This document shows, piece after piece, positions 21,643-32,292 of a stretch of DNA of 64,000 nucleotides (positions within the stretch are counted from its first letter, which is position 1; each line of letters opens with the position of its first letter). The position numbers were made by a program, and so were the translations under genes. The stretch comes from an uncultured virus (IMG/VR IMGVR_UViG_3300017761_005195) (Duplodnaviria; Heunggongvirae; Uroviricota; Caudoviricetes): the IMG/VR virus record IMGVR_UViG_3300017761_005195; one strand, 5' to 3'. Below the pieces are notes generated by a model. It was not told the DNA's origin and did not search any database. It saw nothing but the letters and a program-made list of their open reading frames with translations.

Positions 21643-22845
21643 TTAAAAGGTAGTTTTTTTGTTTTTTATAGTTTCTTTTGTTTCATCGGTAGAAGTATAT
21701 GAGTTAGACCCACAAAGTTTATCAAAATCTGGACTTTGTTCAAACCCCATTTTAATCATCTTATTGACCATTTCACCCCAAGACATTTCGCCCATGTAAA
21801 CCAATTTCTTATCATCAATAGATAAATCAATACTTGATAACTTCTCAAGAACATCAGATGTAATATCTTTAAAATCTTCTACCAAAGAGAATCCATCATC
21901 AGTTTTCTTTGCTATTTTGATGTGGTATTCTCCACTTGTAAAGAGCTTCATAAAGTTTTCTGTATTTATACCCTTTACCTTTGATACCTTATCTTTAATA
22001 ATCTTTTCAATTTCTGGTTCCAAAATAACAGTTTCATTTTGCTTTTCAGATACATTAAAGTAATATCCAATTGGTGGTTCGATTGGTTGGATATCATCAA
22101 TCCTACCTTCTATAACCCTCAAGTCATTTTTAGCTTCTTCCAAGATCTTCTCAATAGAAGAAATTTGAAAAGAATATTTCATAATCTCATCTTCTCTCTT
22201 AGTTTTCTTAGACTTTAGTTCATTTAGTTTATCTAATTTCATTTTAGAAAAAGAGTCCTCAACCAGAGTATTAATATTAGTATCATGATGTTTCATGATT
22301 GTATCATCAATAACCTCAGTATTTTCCTCATTAATCATTTCCTCAATCTCTTTAGCGAACTCTTCATCTTCAAACCAAGAGTTCAAAAGGTCATTGAGAT
22401 TGTCCATAGCACCATCAGAAATATCAATAGTTTCATCTTCAAATAGGGATGTAAGTTTTTCAATTGGTGTCGTGTATTCAACAGCAAGATATAAAGGAAC
22501 ATTTTTATCTTTAACCTTTTCAATAGATAAAAATGGTAGTTCACTAACTACAGTTCTCTTTCTATATGGTGTTAGTGTTTTATCTAAGATAACATTTAAA
22601 AGTCTTTCCCTTTCATCTTTTGTAGTTTTAGTTGTATCTACTTCATCGAAATCAACTGTACCATCTTCATAAATAGTTAGTTTGAAATTAATATCATCCA
22701 TACCAAGACCAGAGAGGCATTTACCCTCAATAGTTGCTTGATTTGAAATAAAGTTTATATAACCCTTACCACCAACAAATTCAATAAATTTGGTTGAGGG
22801 TTTAAAACAACCAGTGGTTTTTTCAGTATTTTCTATTGTATCCAT
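21643..22845 (-). CDS. hypothetical coiled-coil protein
   Basis: Start MDTIENTE lies 4 nt after a TACCTTTG box. Confidence 0.7.
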   Translation of the reverse strand: MDTIENTEKTTGCFKPSTKFIEFVGGKGYINFISNQATIEGKCLSGLGMDDINFKLTIYEDGTVDFDEVDTTKTTKDERERLLNVILDKTLTPYRKRTVVSELPFLSIEKVKDKNVPLYLAVEYTTPIEKLTSLFEDETIDISDGAMDNLNDLLNSWFEDEEFAKEIEEMINEENTEVIDDTIMKHHDTNINTLVEDSFSKMKLDKLNELKSKKTKREDEIMKYSFQISSIEKILEEAKNDLRVIEGRIDDIQPIEPPIGYYFNVSEKQNETVILEPEIEKIIKDKVSKVKGINTENFMKLFTSGEYHIKIAKKTDDGFSLVEDFKDITSDVLEKLSSIDLSIDDKKLVYMGEMSWGEMVNKMIKMGFEQSPDFDKLCGSNSYTSTDETKETIKNKKTTF

Positions 22846-22937
22846 ATTACAAAGGTAAATCAAAAATATAGTTTAACAAAATAATTTTCTGAGAAAATTT
22901 GATAATTTTGATATATAAATAAAAAATAAGATTACCA

Positions 22938-23684
22938 ATGGCAATCAAACATAAAGTTCTGAAAGACTTCCAATTACTAACCGATGATAAGAAAATAATA
23001 ATTTTAAAGGCTAAAACTGTAATAGAGGATTATAAATTTAAGAATAAATCAGAAACAGTCTCTGTACCAGTGGATATTATAAAGAATAATCCAGATTACT
23101 TTTCTTTTATTGATTGGAAAGAAGAACTTCAGTCCTATCTTAAAGTCAATAAGATACCACAACCAGCAGTTATAACCAAGAAATTAGTTCCATTTATAGA
23201 AACAATGATGGACCAGGGAAACACTACTATAAAAGAAGTTATTGTTGAGAAGGAAGTAATAAAAGAAGTTATTGTTGAGAAACCAAAGGTTGTAGAGAAG
23301 GAGGTTATCGTTGAAAAGATGGTAAGTGATCAGAGTTTATCTATTGAGCTAGAAACAAAACTTAAAAAGTTACAATTAAAAGAAAATCAATTAGATAAAG
23401 AAATTGAAGAAGCAAATAAAAAAGAAATAGAAGCTACTAATAGAGAGAAAAGAGCGCAAGAACTAGAAAAAACTTACACGGAGAAACTTAAAGAAGTAGA
23501 AGATAAAGAAATCCATTTAAACTCTAAAGAAATAGAACTGAGTGAGAAAGAATTAAGGTTAAATGAAAAAGAATCTAACCTTTCATCATATGTGGATAGG
23601 GGTCAGATAAGCCAGAAGATTGATGAATATGCAGCAAAGGGATTTCAAATGGATTTTTTCAGAAATATAATGAATGAAATATAA
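22938..23684 (+). CDS. hypothetical coiled-coil protein with KEVIVE repeats
   Basis: 248 aa. Confidence 0.7.
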   Translation: MAIKHKVLKDFQLLTDDKKIIILKAKTVIEDYKFKNKSETVSVPVDIIKNNPDYFSFIDWKEELQSYLKVNKIPQPAVITKKLVPFIETMMDQGNTTIKEVIVEKEVIKEVIVEKPKVVEKEVIVEKMVSDQSLSIELETKLKKLQLKENQLDKEIEEANKKEIEATNREKRAQELEKTYTEKLKEVEDKEIHLNSKEIELSEKELRLNEKESNLSSYVDRGQISQKIDEYAAKGFQMDFFRNIMNEI

Positions 23685-23685
23685 C

Positions 23686-25038
23686 TTATTTTATCTTCTT
23701 CTTCAAATCTGATAAATCTTGAATATACATATCTTTTGGATCAACTTTTTCAAGTTCCTCCAACTCAGACTTTTTAGTTTTGTAATCTTCCTTGAGTTTC
23801 TCAAACATTTCTTTGGTTAGCGACCAAATTGCCATTCTTAAAAGATAATCATAAGAATCATCCATTTTATCCAAACCAAGATTTTCTATATTGGATATGA
23901 TTTCAGTCTTGGGTGTATTCTTAACCTCAATTTTACCATCAAGAATTGCTTTGATAAATCTACCCTTGTTACTCAATAACTTTAACTCAGACTTTAATTT
24001 ATCCATTAGGTAGGATTTTCTCTTATGGTAAAAATCTAACCTGAAATTAACAAAGTAGTTTATGATATCTGAATCTCTTTCAAATATCCTAAGTTTACCA
24101 GTTTCATCAAGAGTTGTGAATATCTCTGTTTCAGTTTCTTCAAGTTTCAATAACTTGATAAGTTTATCCTCTGTGTATTGAGAAAGACTTTCCCTTGTAA
24201 ACTTAATTGTATAATCAATAGAGTCTTTACAATTATCTTCATATGATACAATAGTCTTACTATCAACCAAAGCATCTAATATATTCTCATACTTCTCAAA
24301 AGTCATAGATGGTGGTAGTTCAGTAATCTTAACACTTGTAGTATTCGCGATTGTTAACTTACCCCTAATAAACCATTTCTTATGGTTCTCAGTATCTCTA
24401 ACATAATCACCATTAAAAAAAGGATTAAATGGTTTTATATCAACTAACTTCTTACCCTTTAGGATAGACTCACAAGCATTGATAATATCTAAAGGATTTC
24501 TATTTAAAATATTTGAAGAGAATCCAACAGCAATACCAGAAGAACCATTAATCAAAACAGTTGGTACAATTGGTAAAAAGAAATAAGGTTCAATTGATTC
24601 ACCCTCTTCTTCCTTATATGTTAAGAGTTCAAAATCTTTATAAAGAAGTCTAAAGTTCTTATTGAGTTTTGTTCCAATATACCTAGCTGCTGCAGGTTCT
24701 GGTGACCTTAATGATCCAAACTGACCTATTTCTTCAAGAAGTGGTAGATTGTTCTTAAAACTCTGCGCCATCGTTATGATGGAACTTTCAAGTGATGTAT
24801 TACCATGATGGTAGAAAGCATCTGATGCAACCTTACCTGCTAATTGGAAAACCTTTAATGGTTTCTCAGAACCAGTCTTCCAAATACCATTTGAAATAAA
24901 TATAATTTTCCTATGTGTTGGTTTGAAACCATCAATTACAGAAGGGATTGCCCTATTCTCAATGGTGTATAAGGAGAAGTTCTTATACTCTTGTGAGAGA
25001 AATTCTGATATGGTTTTCGAGGTCGTCATCATTTTCAA
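23686..25038 (-). CDS. DNA topoisomerase II, gp52/GyrA-like subunit
   Basis: RAIPSVIDGFKP, YHHG, AAARYI (catalytic Tyr), NG.SGIAVG. Confidence 0.95.
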   Translation of the reverse strand: MKMMTTSKTISEFLSQEYKNFSLYTIENRAIPSVIDGFKPTHRKIIFISNGIWKTGSEKPLKVFQLAGKVASDAFYHHGNTSLESSIITMAQSFKNNLPLLEEIGQFGSLRSPEPAAARYIGTKLNKNFRLLYKDFELLTYKEEEGESIEPYFFLPIVPTVLINGSSGIAVGFSSNILNRNPLDIINACESILKGKKLVDIKPFNPFFNGDYVRDTENHKKWFIRGKLTIANTTSVKITELPPSMTFEKYENILDALVDSKTIVSYEDNCKDSIDYTIKFTRESLSQYTEDKLIKLLKLEETETEIFTTLDETGKLRIFERDSDIINYFVNFRLDFYHKRKSYLMDKLKSELKLLSNKGRFIKAILDGKIEVKNTPKTEIISNIENLGLDKMDDSYDYLLRMAIWSLTKEMFEKLKEDYKTKKSELEELEKVDPKDMYIQDLSDLKKKIK

Positions 25039-25100
25039 TATATGTAGTTTCTAAACAAAAGTTATTAGTGGATATATATAAACTGAAATTTTACTGAAAT

Positions 25101-26948
25101 ATGTCAATAGAAAAGAAATTTAGGAAACTTGATGATATTACCCACGTCTTACAAAGACCGTCAATGTATATTGGTTCTATAAAACCACATACATCTAAAA
25201 AGTATATTTTAGTTGATGGTAAGATGTGTCCACTTGAATTAACTTATAATCCTGGGCTTCTTAAAATCTTTGATGAAATCATTACAAACTCTGTTGATGA
25301 ACACAAAAGAGAAGGTTCTAAGTTAGATACTATTAAAGTTACCATAAGAGATGGTAAGTTTGAAGTATGGGATAATGGTGGGATTCCTGTGGTTAAACAT
25401 AAAGAAGAAGACCAATGGATTCCTGAAATGATTTTCTCTAATCTAAAGGCTGGTTCCAATTTTGATGATACAGAAGATAGAACTTGGGCTGGTACAAATG
25501 GTGTTGGTTCTAGTTTAACTAATATCTTCTCTAAAGAGTTTACCATATCTACTTGTGATGGTAAGAACTCTTTCCTACAAGTCTTCTCAAATAATATGAG
25601 AGATAAGACTAATCCAACAATCAAAAGAAATAAGAACAACCATACTTGTATAACATTTAAACCAGACTATGAGAAGTTTGGATTAGATGGATTAGATGAG
25701 GCAAATGCTGACCTTATTAAGAAAAGAGTTTATGATATAGCTGGTTGTAATCCAACACTAAAAATCTATTTAGATGATGAGTTAATCAATATAAAATCAT
25801 TTGAAGACTATATTAAGTTTTACAGAGAAGATTACTTCTTTGAAACTAATAAAGATAAATCTTGGAGTTTAGGTGTAGCTCATTCAACTGATGGATTTCA
25901 ACAAATCTCATTTGCTAACACAACAGAAACTTATGATGGGGGTAATCACGTTGATTATATTTTAAACCAAATCATATCTCAGTTAAGAGAGTTCTTTCAA
26001 AAGAAACATAAAGTAGATATAAAACCATCTGAATTAAAAAATCATATTCAGATATTCTTATGTTCAACAGTTATTAATCCTGGATTCTCATCACAGACAA
26101 AGGAGAAACTTATTACAGAAGTAAAAGACTTTGGATTTACATTTGAAGTATCTGAAAAGTTAATAAAATCCATATTAAAATCAGAGATTGTTAATTCAGT
26201 CCTTGATTGGATTCAACAAAAGAAATCTGCTGATGAGAATAAATTAGCAAGAGAACTAAATAAAAACCTTTCAAAGATTAAAGTTGAGAAACTTATTGAT
26301 GCTAAAGGTAAAGACAGGTGGAAGTGCTCATTAGCACTCTTTGAGGGTGATTCAGCTTCTTCAGCATTTAGAAAATATAGAGATCCACAATCACAAGGAG
26401 CTTTCTCATTGAGGGGTAAGTTCATAAATGCTATGGAGATTACTAACCAGAAGTTAGTTGGTAATAATGAAGTGGTGAACTTGATGGGAGCTTTGGGTTT
26501 GAAGTTAGGGCAGAAGGTAGTACCAGGGACTTTAAGGTATGGTAAGATTTTATTTTATTGTGATGCTGACCATGATGGTAGTTCTATTGTTGGACTTCTT
26601 ATTAATTTCCTTTTTAAGTATTGGCCAGAGTTATTTGAAAATCCAATGGTTTTTAAAGCTGAGACACCTATTGTAGTATCAAAGAACAATAAAACAAAGA
26701 AAAAGATTTCATTTTATACCCAAGAGGATTATAATAACTGGATGAATTCAGTTAATATAAAGGAGTGGGAAATTGAATATAAGAAAGGTTTGGGTGCTCT
26801 TGTTGATGATGAGTACAAGGAGATTATTAATAACCCAAGACTTACACAAATAACATCAGATGAAATGTCTAAAGGTTCTTTAAATATATGGTTTGGGAAA
26901 GACGCTGATCTAAGGAAGACTGAATTGTTATCTAATAACATCGAATAA
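25101..26948 (+). CDS. DNA topoisomerase II, gp39+60/GyrB-like subunit
   Basis: RPSMYIGS, EIITNSVDE, GTNGVG, EGDSA, LRGK, DADHDG, KGLG. Confidence 0.95.
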   Translation: MSIEKKFRKLDDITHVLQRPSMYIGSIKPHTSKKYILVDGKMCPLELTYNPGLLKIFDEIITNSVDEHKREGSKLDTIKVTIRDGKFEVWDNGGIPVVKHKEEDQWIPEMIFSNLKAGSNFDDTEDRTWAGTNGVGSSLTNIFSKEFTISTCDGKNSFLQVFSNNMRDKTNPTIKRNKNNHTCITFKPDYEKFGLDGLDEANADLIKKRVYDIAGCNPTLKIYLDDELINIKSFEDYIKFYREDYFFETNKDKSWSLGVAHSTDGFQQISFANTTETYDGGNHVDYILNQIISQLREFFQKKHKVDIKPSELKNHIQIFLCSTVINPGFSSQTKEKLITEVKDFGFTFEVSEKLIKSILKSEIVNSVLDWIQQKKSADENKLARELNKNLSKIKVEKLIDAKGKDRWKCSLALFEGDSASSAFRKYRDPQSQGAFSLRGKFINAMEITNQKLVGNNEVVNLMGALGLKLGQKVVPGTLRYGKILFYCDADHDGSSIVGLLINFLFKYWPELFENPMVFKAETPIVVSKNNKTKKKISFYTQEDYNNWMNSVNIKEWEIEYKKGLGALVDDEYKEIINNPRLTQITSDEMSKGSLNIWFGKDADLRKTELLSNNIE

Positions 26949-26979
26949 TCTATCAATGGATATGAATATATAGATTCAT

Positions 26980-27594
26980 ATGAAACATCTTAAATTATTT
27001 GAATCATTTAAAGACATTAAATCTATCTGTAAAAAGTATGATATAAAAAATTATACTATAAATCCTGATGGTTCTGTTGATGTTGATGGTCATGTTAGTC
27101 TATCTAATTATAGATTTGCAAAACTTCCACTTAAATTTGGTAGAGTTAGTGGGGTTTTTGATTGTGGTCTTAACAAATTAACCACATTAGAAGGATCGCC
27201 AAGAGAAGTTGGTTTGACATTTGATTGTAGTGTTAACAAATTAACCACATTAGAAGGAGCACCAGAAATGGTTGGTCGGCATTTTAATTGTTATGATAAC
27301 CAATTAACCACATTAGAGGGAGCGCCTAGAGAAGTTGGTGGGGCTTTTGATTGTAAAAATAACCAATTAACCACATTAAAAGGAGCACCAGAAAGGATTG
27401 GTCAGAGTTTTCTTTGTAGATCTAACCCAGTATTTAATATTTATGAACTATTCAAAAGTCACAAAGATTTTATGGATTCATTAGATTGGGATTATATCAG
27501 GGGAAATAAAATAGTCAAATCAAGATTTATAGATGCTTGTGAAGAAACGGAAATTGAAGTACCAAAATCTATTAAAGGATACAAATATATCTAA
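26980..27594 (+). CDS. leucine-rich-repeat-like protein with MKHLKLFESF leader
   Basis: Four 22-aa repeats F.C..N.LTTLEG.P..VG. Confidence 0.75.
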   Translation: MKHLKLFESFKDIKSICKKYDIKNYTINPDGSVDVDGHVSLSNYRFAKLPLKFGRVSGVFDCGLNKLTTLEGSPREVGLTFDCSVNKLTTLEGAPEMVGRHFNCYDNQLTTLEGAPREVGGAFDCKNNQLTTLKGAPERIGQSFLCRSNPVFNIYELFKSHKDFMDSLDWDYIRGNKIVKSRFIDACEETEIEVPKSIKGYKYI

Positions 27595-28127
27595 GAAAGA
27601 AATACACTCAATTTTATCTCCCTCTCAATTGTTTGATAATATTCCCTAACATCTTCTCTCTTTACAACAAAGTAATTTTTATTTGCATACCAATCCATCC
27701 AACTTCTTTCAAAATGTGATGATTTTAGTTTTTCATAAACTTCCTTGAAATTTGTATGACAATCGTATAAGTTTAAAAACCTAGTTAAGATTTCAATATA
27801 GTCAAATCTACCAGAAACTATTAAGTCAAAAAACTTATCTTCTTCTATACACATAAGTGTATTAGATATTATACTTTGTAAATTTTCATTATAGATATGT
27901 TTTTCAGTTATTGTTGTTCTATCACAAAATAAGTAATAAATTTTTTTATTCTCACAATACATTATAAGACTTATAAATGGTTTTACACACCTTCTATCAA
28001 GACAAATATAAAGTTCATCATCAATTATATTTGCTAGGGGTATCATACCATATTTTCTATAGTAAAGAATATTATTTCTTATTTCCCAATTCTTATCTTT
28101 ATTGGGTATAATCCCTCTAATATCCAT
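27591..28127 (-). CDS. hypothetical protein
   Basis: 178 aa ORF. Confidence 0.65.
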   Translation of the reverse strand: MDIRGIIPNKDKNWEIRNNILYYRKYGMIPLANIIDDELYICLDRRCVKPFISLIMYCENKKIYYLFCDRTTITEKHIYNENLQSIISNTLMCIEEDKFFDLIVSGRFDYIEILTRFLNLYDCHTNFKEVYEKLKSSHFERSWMDWYANKNYFVVKREDVREYYQTIEREIKLSVFLS

Positions 28128-28431
28128 ATTCTCTCAATTCTTTTAAGAACATTATCTTTTGTTTAACTCTGGTATTTGGGTCAGAACTATAATCCCAGTG
28201 TCTTTTACCTTTTTTCCCCCATTTGTTTTTATGTCTTGAATCCCATTTGGTAGTAGTTATAGATTTAGCTTTGTAAGCTGATTGAAGTCCAATTGAATCA
28301 ATCCAAGTAGGTTTATTTATTCTGATTTTATTAACATCGGTAAATCTATACCAATGGTAGCTAGACCATTTTCTAACCCTTCTAAGGACAACACATTCTT
28401 CTTTATACCTTCTCCACATTCTTCCTCTCAT
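28117..28431 (-). CDS. hypothetical basic protein
   Basis: 104 aa, R/K/W-rich; TAACTTTG box upstream. Confidence 0.6.
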   Translation of the reverse strand: MRGRMWRRYKEECVVLRRVRKWSSYHWYRFTDVNKIRINKPTWIDSIGLQSAYKAKSITTTKWDSRHKNKWGKKGKRHWDYSSDPNTRVKQKIMFLKELREYGY

Positions 28432-28483
28432 GACTGAACAAAGTTAATTACATTTAGTATAAATAAAAAATATTAATAAAAAT

Positions 28484-29458
28484 ATGTTATGTGATTTACT
28501 TATTGATGGGAATTATCTTCTCAGCAAAATGGTTTTCACACTCCATAAGAATAATCTTTTATTTGGAGCACTACATAAAAGTTTAGAAACGGCTGTCAAT
28601 AATTACAAAAAATGGTATCCTTTCGCAAATGTTTATCTAGTTTCAGACTCAAAAGAAAAATCTTGGAGGAAGAAAATCAATACGAATTATAAGGCTAATA
28701 GAAAAAAAGACTCTGATATTGATTGGGAATTTGTTTATGAATGTTATAATGAATTCAAAACATCTTTGAAACCAAAAGGTATTAAAGTCTTAGAAGCACC
28801 TAATGTAGAAGGTGATGATTGGATTTCATTCTTGATAGAAAAGTCCAACCATGATGGTAGATCCACTATCACAGTTACTAATGACCACGATATTAAACAG
28901 TTGATTAAATATGTATTAGATCCACCATTTATTAATATCATGTCAAATGAAATGTATAGTAAACAAAAGTTATTCTTACCAAAGAATTATAAATTGTTTA
29001 TATCTAACCTAAAGAAAGAAATTGACGATGATATTTTTAATTTAAATGATAATCAAGAATTTATAAAATTACTTTCTACATTCACGGATAGATGCGAAAC
29101 ATCTGAGGTGGATCCAATGGAATCTTTGATTATAAAATTAATTTCTGGTGATACTTCTGATAATATATCATCTGCTTGGTCACAAGTAAAGAATGGTAAG
29201 AAAAGAGGAATTGCTGAGAGAGGTGCTAAATCTATATTTGATGAATATCTGACTTCATTTGGTGAACCAAGTTTGAAGGATCCTGATTTTACTGAAAATA
29301 TAGCTGATTTGATTTGTGAAAAGAAAAAGTTATCAAAGAGTTCTATTAATAATATAAAGTCAAATATTGAAGATAATATGAGATTGATATTACTAAATAC
29401 AGAATATATGCCAGATGAAATTGTTTTGAAAATGTCTAATGTTTACGAAAATATATGA
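28484..29458 (+). CDS. 5'-3' exonuclease / T4 RNase H-like
   Basis: LIDGNY, SWRK...YKANR, EGDD, NDHD, GDTSDNI. Confidence 0.9.
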   Translation: MLCDLLIDGNYLLSKMVFTLHKNNLLFGALHKSLETAVNNYKKWYPFANVYLVSDSKEKSWRKKINTNYKANRKKDSDIDWEFVYECYNEFKTSLKPKGIKVLEAPNVEGDDWISFLIEKSNHDGRSTITVTNDHDIKQLIKYVLDPPFINIMSNEMYSKQKLFLPKNYKLFISNLKKEIDDDIFNLNDNQEFIKLLSTFTDRCETSEVDPMESLIIKLISGDTSDNISSAWSQVKNGKKRGIAERGAKSIFDEYLTSFGEPSLKDPDFTENIADLICEKKKLSKSSINNIKSNIEDNMRLILLNTEYMPDEIVLKMSNVYENI

Positions 29459-29853
29459 TTGATAATAACATCTTAGCAATTTCAAATGTTATGTTTAGAA
29501 ATAAAGAAGATTGGTCAAAGGTTTCTGATGATCAAAAAGATCAATTCTTCTTTATTTTTAATAGATACTTTTCCAAGAAGTATCCACAACAATCTCAATT
29601 CTTAAATAATAAAAACATAGATAAGAGTATTGGAATGGATTTATGGTTTGAGTTTATGAAAACCCAGCCATATCCAAAATGGTTTTGGTCTAAACCTAAA
29701 GAAGAAAAGACTAAAGATGATATTTCTGAAAAAGAATTCAAAAGGTTATTAAGTTATCTTGAAATAAAATCAGAAGAATTAGACTTTTTAATAAAACATC
29801 ATAAAGATGAAGTAATAGAAGAACTTGAATATTTAAAAAAAACAGATAAATAA
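29455..29853 (+). CDS. hypothetical protein, possibly clamp-loader small subunit (gp62)-like
   Basis: F..NRYFS motif, size, replication-gene context; similarity is weak. Confidence 0.4.
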   Translation: MIDNNILAISNVMFRNKEDWSKVSDDQKDQFFFIFNRYFSKKYPQQSQFLNNKNIDKSIGMDLWFEFMKTQPYPKWFWSKPKEEKTKDDISEKEFKRLLSYLEIKSEELDFLIKHHKDEVIEELEYLKKTDK

Positions 29854-29854
29854 A

Positions 29855-30382
29855 ATGGAAACCATAGATAAAAAGTGGTACACAGTAAAAGTACAAAACA
29901 ATAGGGAAAACAGTGTTTCAGATAAACTAAAAACTGAAATGATCAGAGACTTTAATGAAGATGTTAATGTCCTAATTCCAACCAAAACAGTTTCATCAGT
30001 AAAAGCAGGTAAGATTAAACACAAACAACAAGTTATGTATCCTGGATATATCTTTGTTGAAACAGCATCTGTAGATAAAGTATTACACTTTGTTAAAGTA
30101 ATTAATGGTATGAGTGGTGTCCTTAAAGATCCACAAGGCAATCCCATAGTCATGAGGAGATCTGAAATTGAAAAGATGACCGGCATTATTGAAGAAGTAA
30201 ATAGAAATAGTAAAGATTTATTTGTATTGGGAGAAGAAGTAACAGTAATAAATGGACCATTTTCCACATTCAGAGGTAAAATTCAATCTATTGATTTCGA
30301 GAAAGATAAAATAAAACTAGAGGTTAGTATCTTCGGACGAGCCACCATTGTAGACTTAACCTTAGCAGATATCTCTAAATAA
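29855..30382 (+). CDS. nusG: transcription elongation/antitermination factor NusG
   Basis: KWY.V, YPGYIFVE, KOW GEEV.VINGPF..F.G, VSIFGR. Confidence 0.9.
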   Translation: METIDKKWYTVKVQNNRENSVSDKLKTEMIRDFNEDVNVLIPTKTVSSVKAGKIKHKQQVMYPGYIFVETASVDKVLHFVKVINGMSGVLKDPQGNPIVMRRSEIEKMTGIIEEVNRNSKDLFVLGEEVTVINGPFSTFRGKIQSIDFEKDKIKLEVSIFGRATIVDLTLADISK

Positions 30383-30385
30383 AAA

Positions 30386-30898
30386 ATGTCTGCTCTACAC
30401 AAATTATGGCTCGAAGAATTGATAAAGAGTAGAAAATTCAATGATCGAGATCGAAAAATAACAGAGTTGTTAGATTTGAAAAGGGAAAGATACGATAAGG
30501 TTTATATGAAAATGGCCCTTGAATGGGCCAAACTCTCATACTGTAAAAGAGCCCAAGTTGGCTCTTTAATAGTAAAAGATGGTATGATTATATCAGATGG
30601 GTTCAATGGTGCTCCAACAGGTTATAATAACGATTGTGAAGATTGTGATGATACCACACATTGGTATGTATTACACTCAGAAGCCAATGCAATCTTAAAA
30701 TGTGCTAAGAATGGTGTTTCTTGTAAAGATGCTACAATCTATCTGACACATTCACCTTGTAAAGATTGTGCTAAACTAATATACCAATCTGGTATAAAAA
30801 GATTAGTCTACAATATAGAATATAGAGACAACGAAGGTATTGAGTTCCTTTGGGAATCTGGCCTAGAAATTGAATTTTTAGATAATAAATTAAATTAA
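30386..30898 (+). CDS. dCMP deaminase (ComEB type)
   Basis: HSEANAI and SPCKDC zinc motifs; N-terminal extension containing RDRKITELL. Confidence 0.92.
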   Translation: MSALHKLWLEELIKSRKFNDRDRKITELLDLKRERYDKVYMKMALEWAKLSYCKRAQVGSLIVKDGMIISDGFNGAPTGYNNDCEDCDDTTHWYVLHSEANAILKCAKNGVSCKDATIYLTHSPCKDCAKLIYQSGIKRLVYNIEYRDNEGIEFLWESGLEIEFLDNKLN

Positions 30899-30902
30899 AA
30901 AT

Positions 30903-31343
30903 ATGGAACTTATATCAACACACATTTGTAAAGCATCAGAAACAGGATTACATCAAAATATGTTCGGTGGTCATATGTTAAGTCTTATAGATGAATCAGC
31001 AGTGGTTTATGCTATGCAACTTTGTGATACACCAAGAATGGTTACTGTTATGATTGACCAACTAGTTTTCAAGAAACCAGTAAAGATTGGTAACTTGATT
31101 AAAATATATGGAAAAGTTGAAGAGTTTGGAAAAACATCAATCAAACTCTATATCGAGGTTAGAAAACATAATGTATATACCGGTGTTCAAGATATAGTTA
31201 CACATACTAATATAAAGTTTGTTAGGATAGATGAAGAAGGAAACCCCCTAGTCATATCTGAAAGAGTCAAAGATAGATACTATGAAAGACTCGGTAAATT
31301 TGGTAGGGGACTTCTAACCTCAGAAGAAAAAAGTACTAAATAG
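30903..31343 (+). CDS. acyl-CoA thioesterase (hotdog, YciA type)
   Basis: MFGG..LSLIDE, VTV....F.KPV..G. Confidence 0.85.
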   Translation: MELISTHICKASETGLHQNMFGGHMLSLIDESAVVYAMQLCDTPRMVTVMIDQLVFKKPVKIGNLIKIYGKVEEFGKTSIKLYIEVRKHNVYTGVQDIVTHTNIKFVRIDEEGNPLVISERVKDRYYERLGKFGRGLLTSEEKSTK

Positions 31344-32256
31344 AATTGAATTCCCTTATATACTTTACCAAAGCTATATCCTTTTGCTTACATTCCAATT
31401 CAATATCTAACTCAAAACCACAAGAATCAAAGGATTCATATAGAAAATCTGCGTGTGCAGATAAAATAACTTTTTCATCTTCATGTAATTTCTTTGATGA
31501 TGAATGGTGACAAAGTGGTTTTGTTGTCCAAGTAGATAAACCAAGTTTCAAAGTATCTTCCCATGACATATTGTCAGTATGGCAAGCATAATGTAAACTA
31601 TCAACTACAATAGGAATTCCAATAACCTTGTGTACCATATCATAAAGCATCTTAACAGAATACTGTGATGGTTTATCATCATTCTCAACTGTTAATCTTT
31701 TCTTACAAGAGTCAGATAACTTTTGAAACCCTTCACAGAATCTTCTTGTAGATTCTTGGTGGTTAGGTGTAGTAACATTCACGTGGATGTTTATTGGATA
31801 GTATGTTGATTGGTCCAATCCCATTAGATCCATTAACTCAGCATGTTTGTTTAGTTCATCAACAGTTTTATCCACAACATCTGGTCTCTCACTACCCAAT
31901 ATGTTAAATGGACCTGGATGGTATGATACTCTCAAATCATTTTCCTTTACAATGTTTCCGATTTGTGAAAGGAGTCTTTGTATTTTGGTGAAGTTTGGTA
32001 GATTAAAAAATGTGTAGTGGCTCATCCAAGGAAATGAGTCTGAGGACATTCTATATACTTTAATCTTATTTTTGATATTATACTTGAGTACTTTGATTGT
32101 GTCCTCTAAGTTGAGAACCACAAGTTCTGAAACATAGCTTAGACCTTTGGCCTCAAATGTTTTTTTAACCATACCTCTATTAACTGAGATATGATCTTTC
32201 TTCTTTAAACCTTCATTTACACCTAAGCAAATGCAGCAATACCCAATATTATTCAT
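31336..32256 (-). CDS. uvsE: UV damage endonuclease
   Basis: GYCC, RMSS, SYHPG, ENDDK, HAD, ELECK.KD; start reassigned to MNNIGY. Confidence 0.92.
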   Translation of the reverse strand: MNNIGYCCICLGVNEGLKKKDHISVNRGMVKKTFEAKGLSYVSELVVLNLEDTIKVLKYNIKNKIKVYRMSSDSFPWMSHYTFFNLPNFTKIQRLLSQIGNIVKENDLRVSYHPGPFNILGSERPDVVDKTVDELNKHAELMDLMGLDQSTYYPINIHVNVTTPNHQESTRRFCEGFQKLSDSCKKRLTVENDDKPSQYSVKMLYDMVHKVIGIPIVVDSLHYACHTDNMSWEDTLKLGLSTWTTKPLCHHSSSKKLHEDEKVILSAHADFLYESFDSCGFELDIELECKQKDIALVKYIREFNSI

Positions 32257-32292
32257 AACACAAATATAAAAGAATATTTTAATATATACACT

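Noticed and set aside
27150..27420. 66-bp tandem DNA repeats as a non-coding repeat array
   Set aside because: They are in-frame 22-aa leucine-rich protein repeats within ORF 26980-27594.
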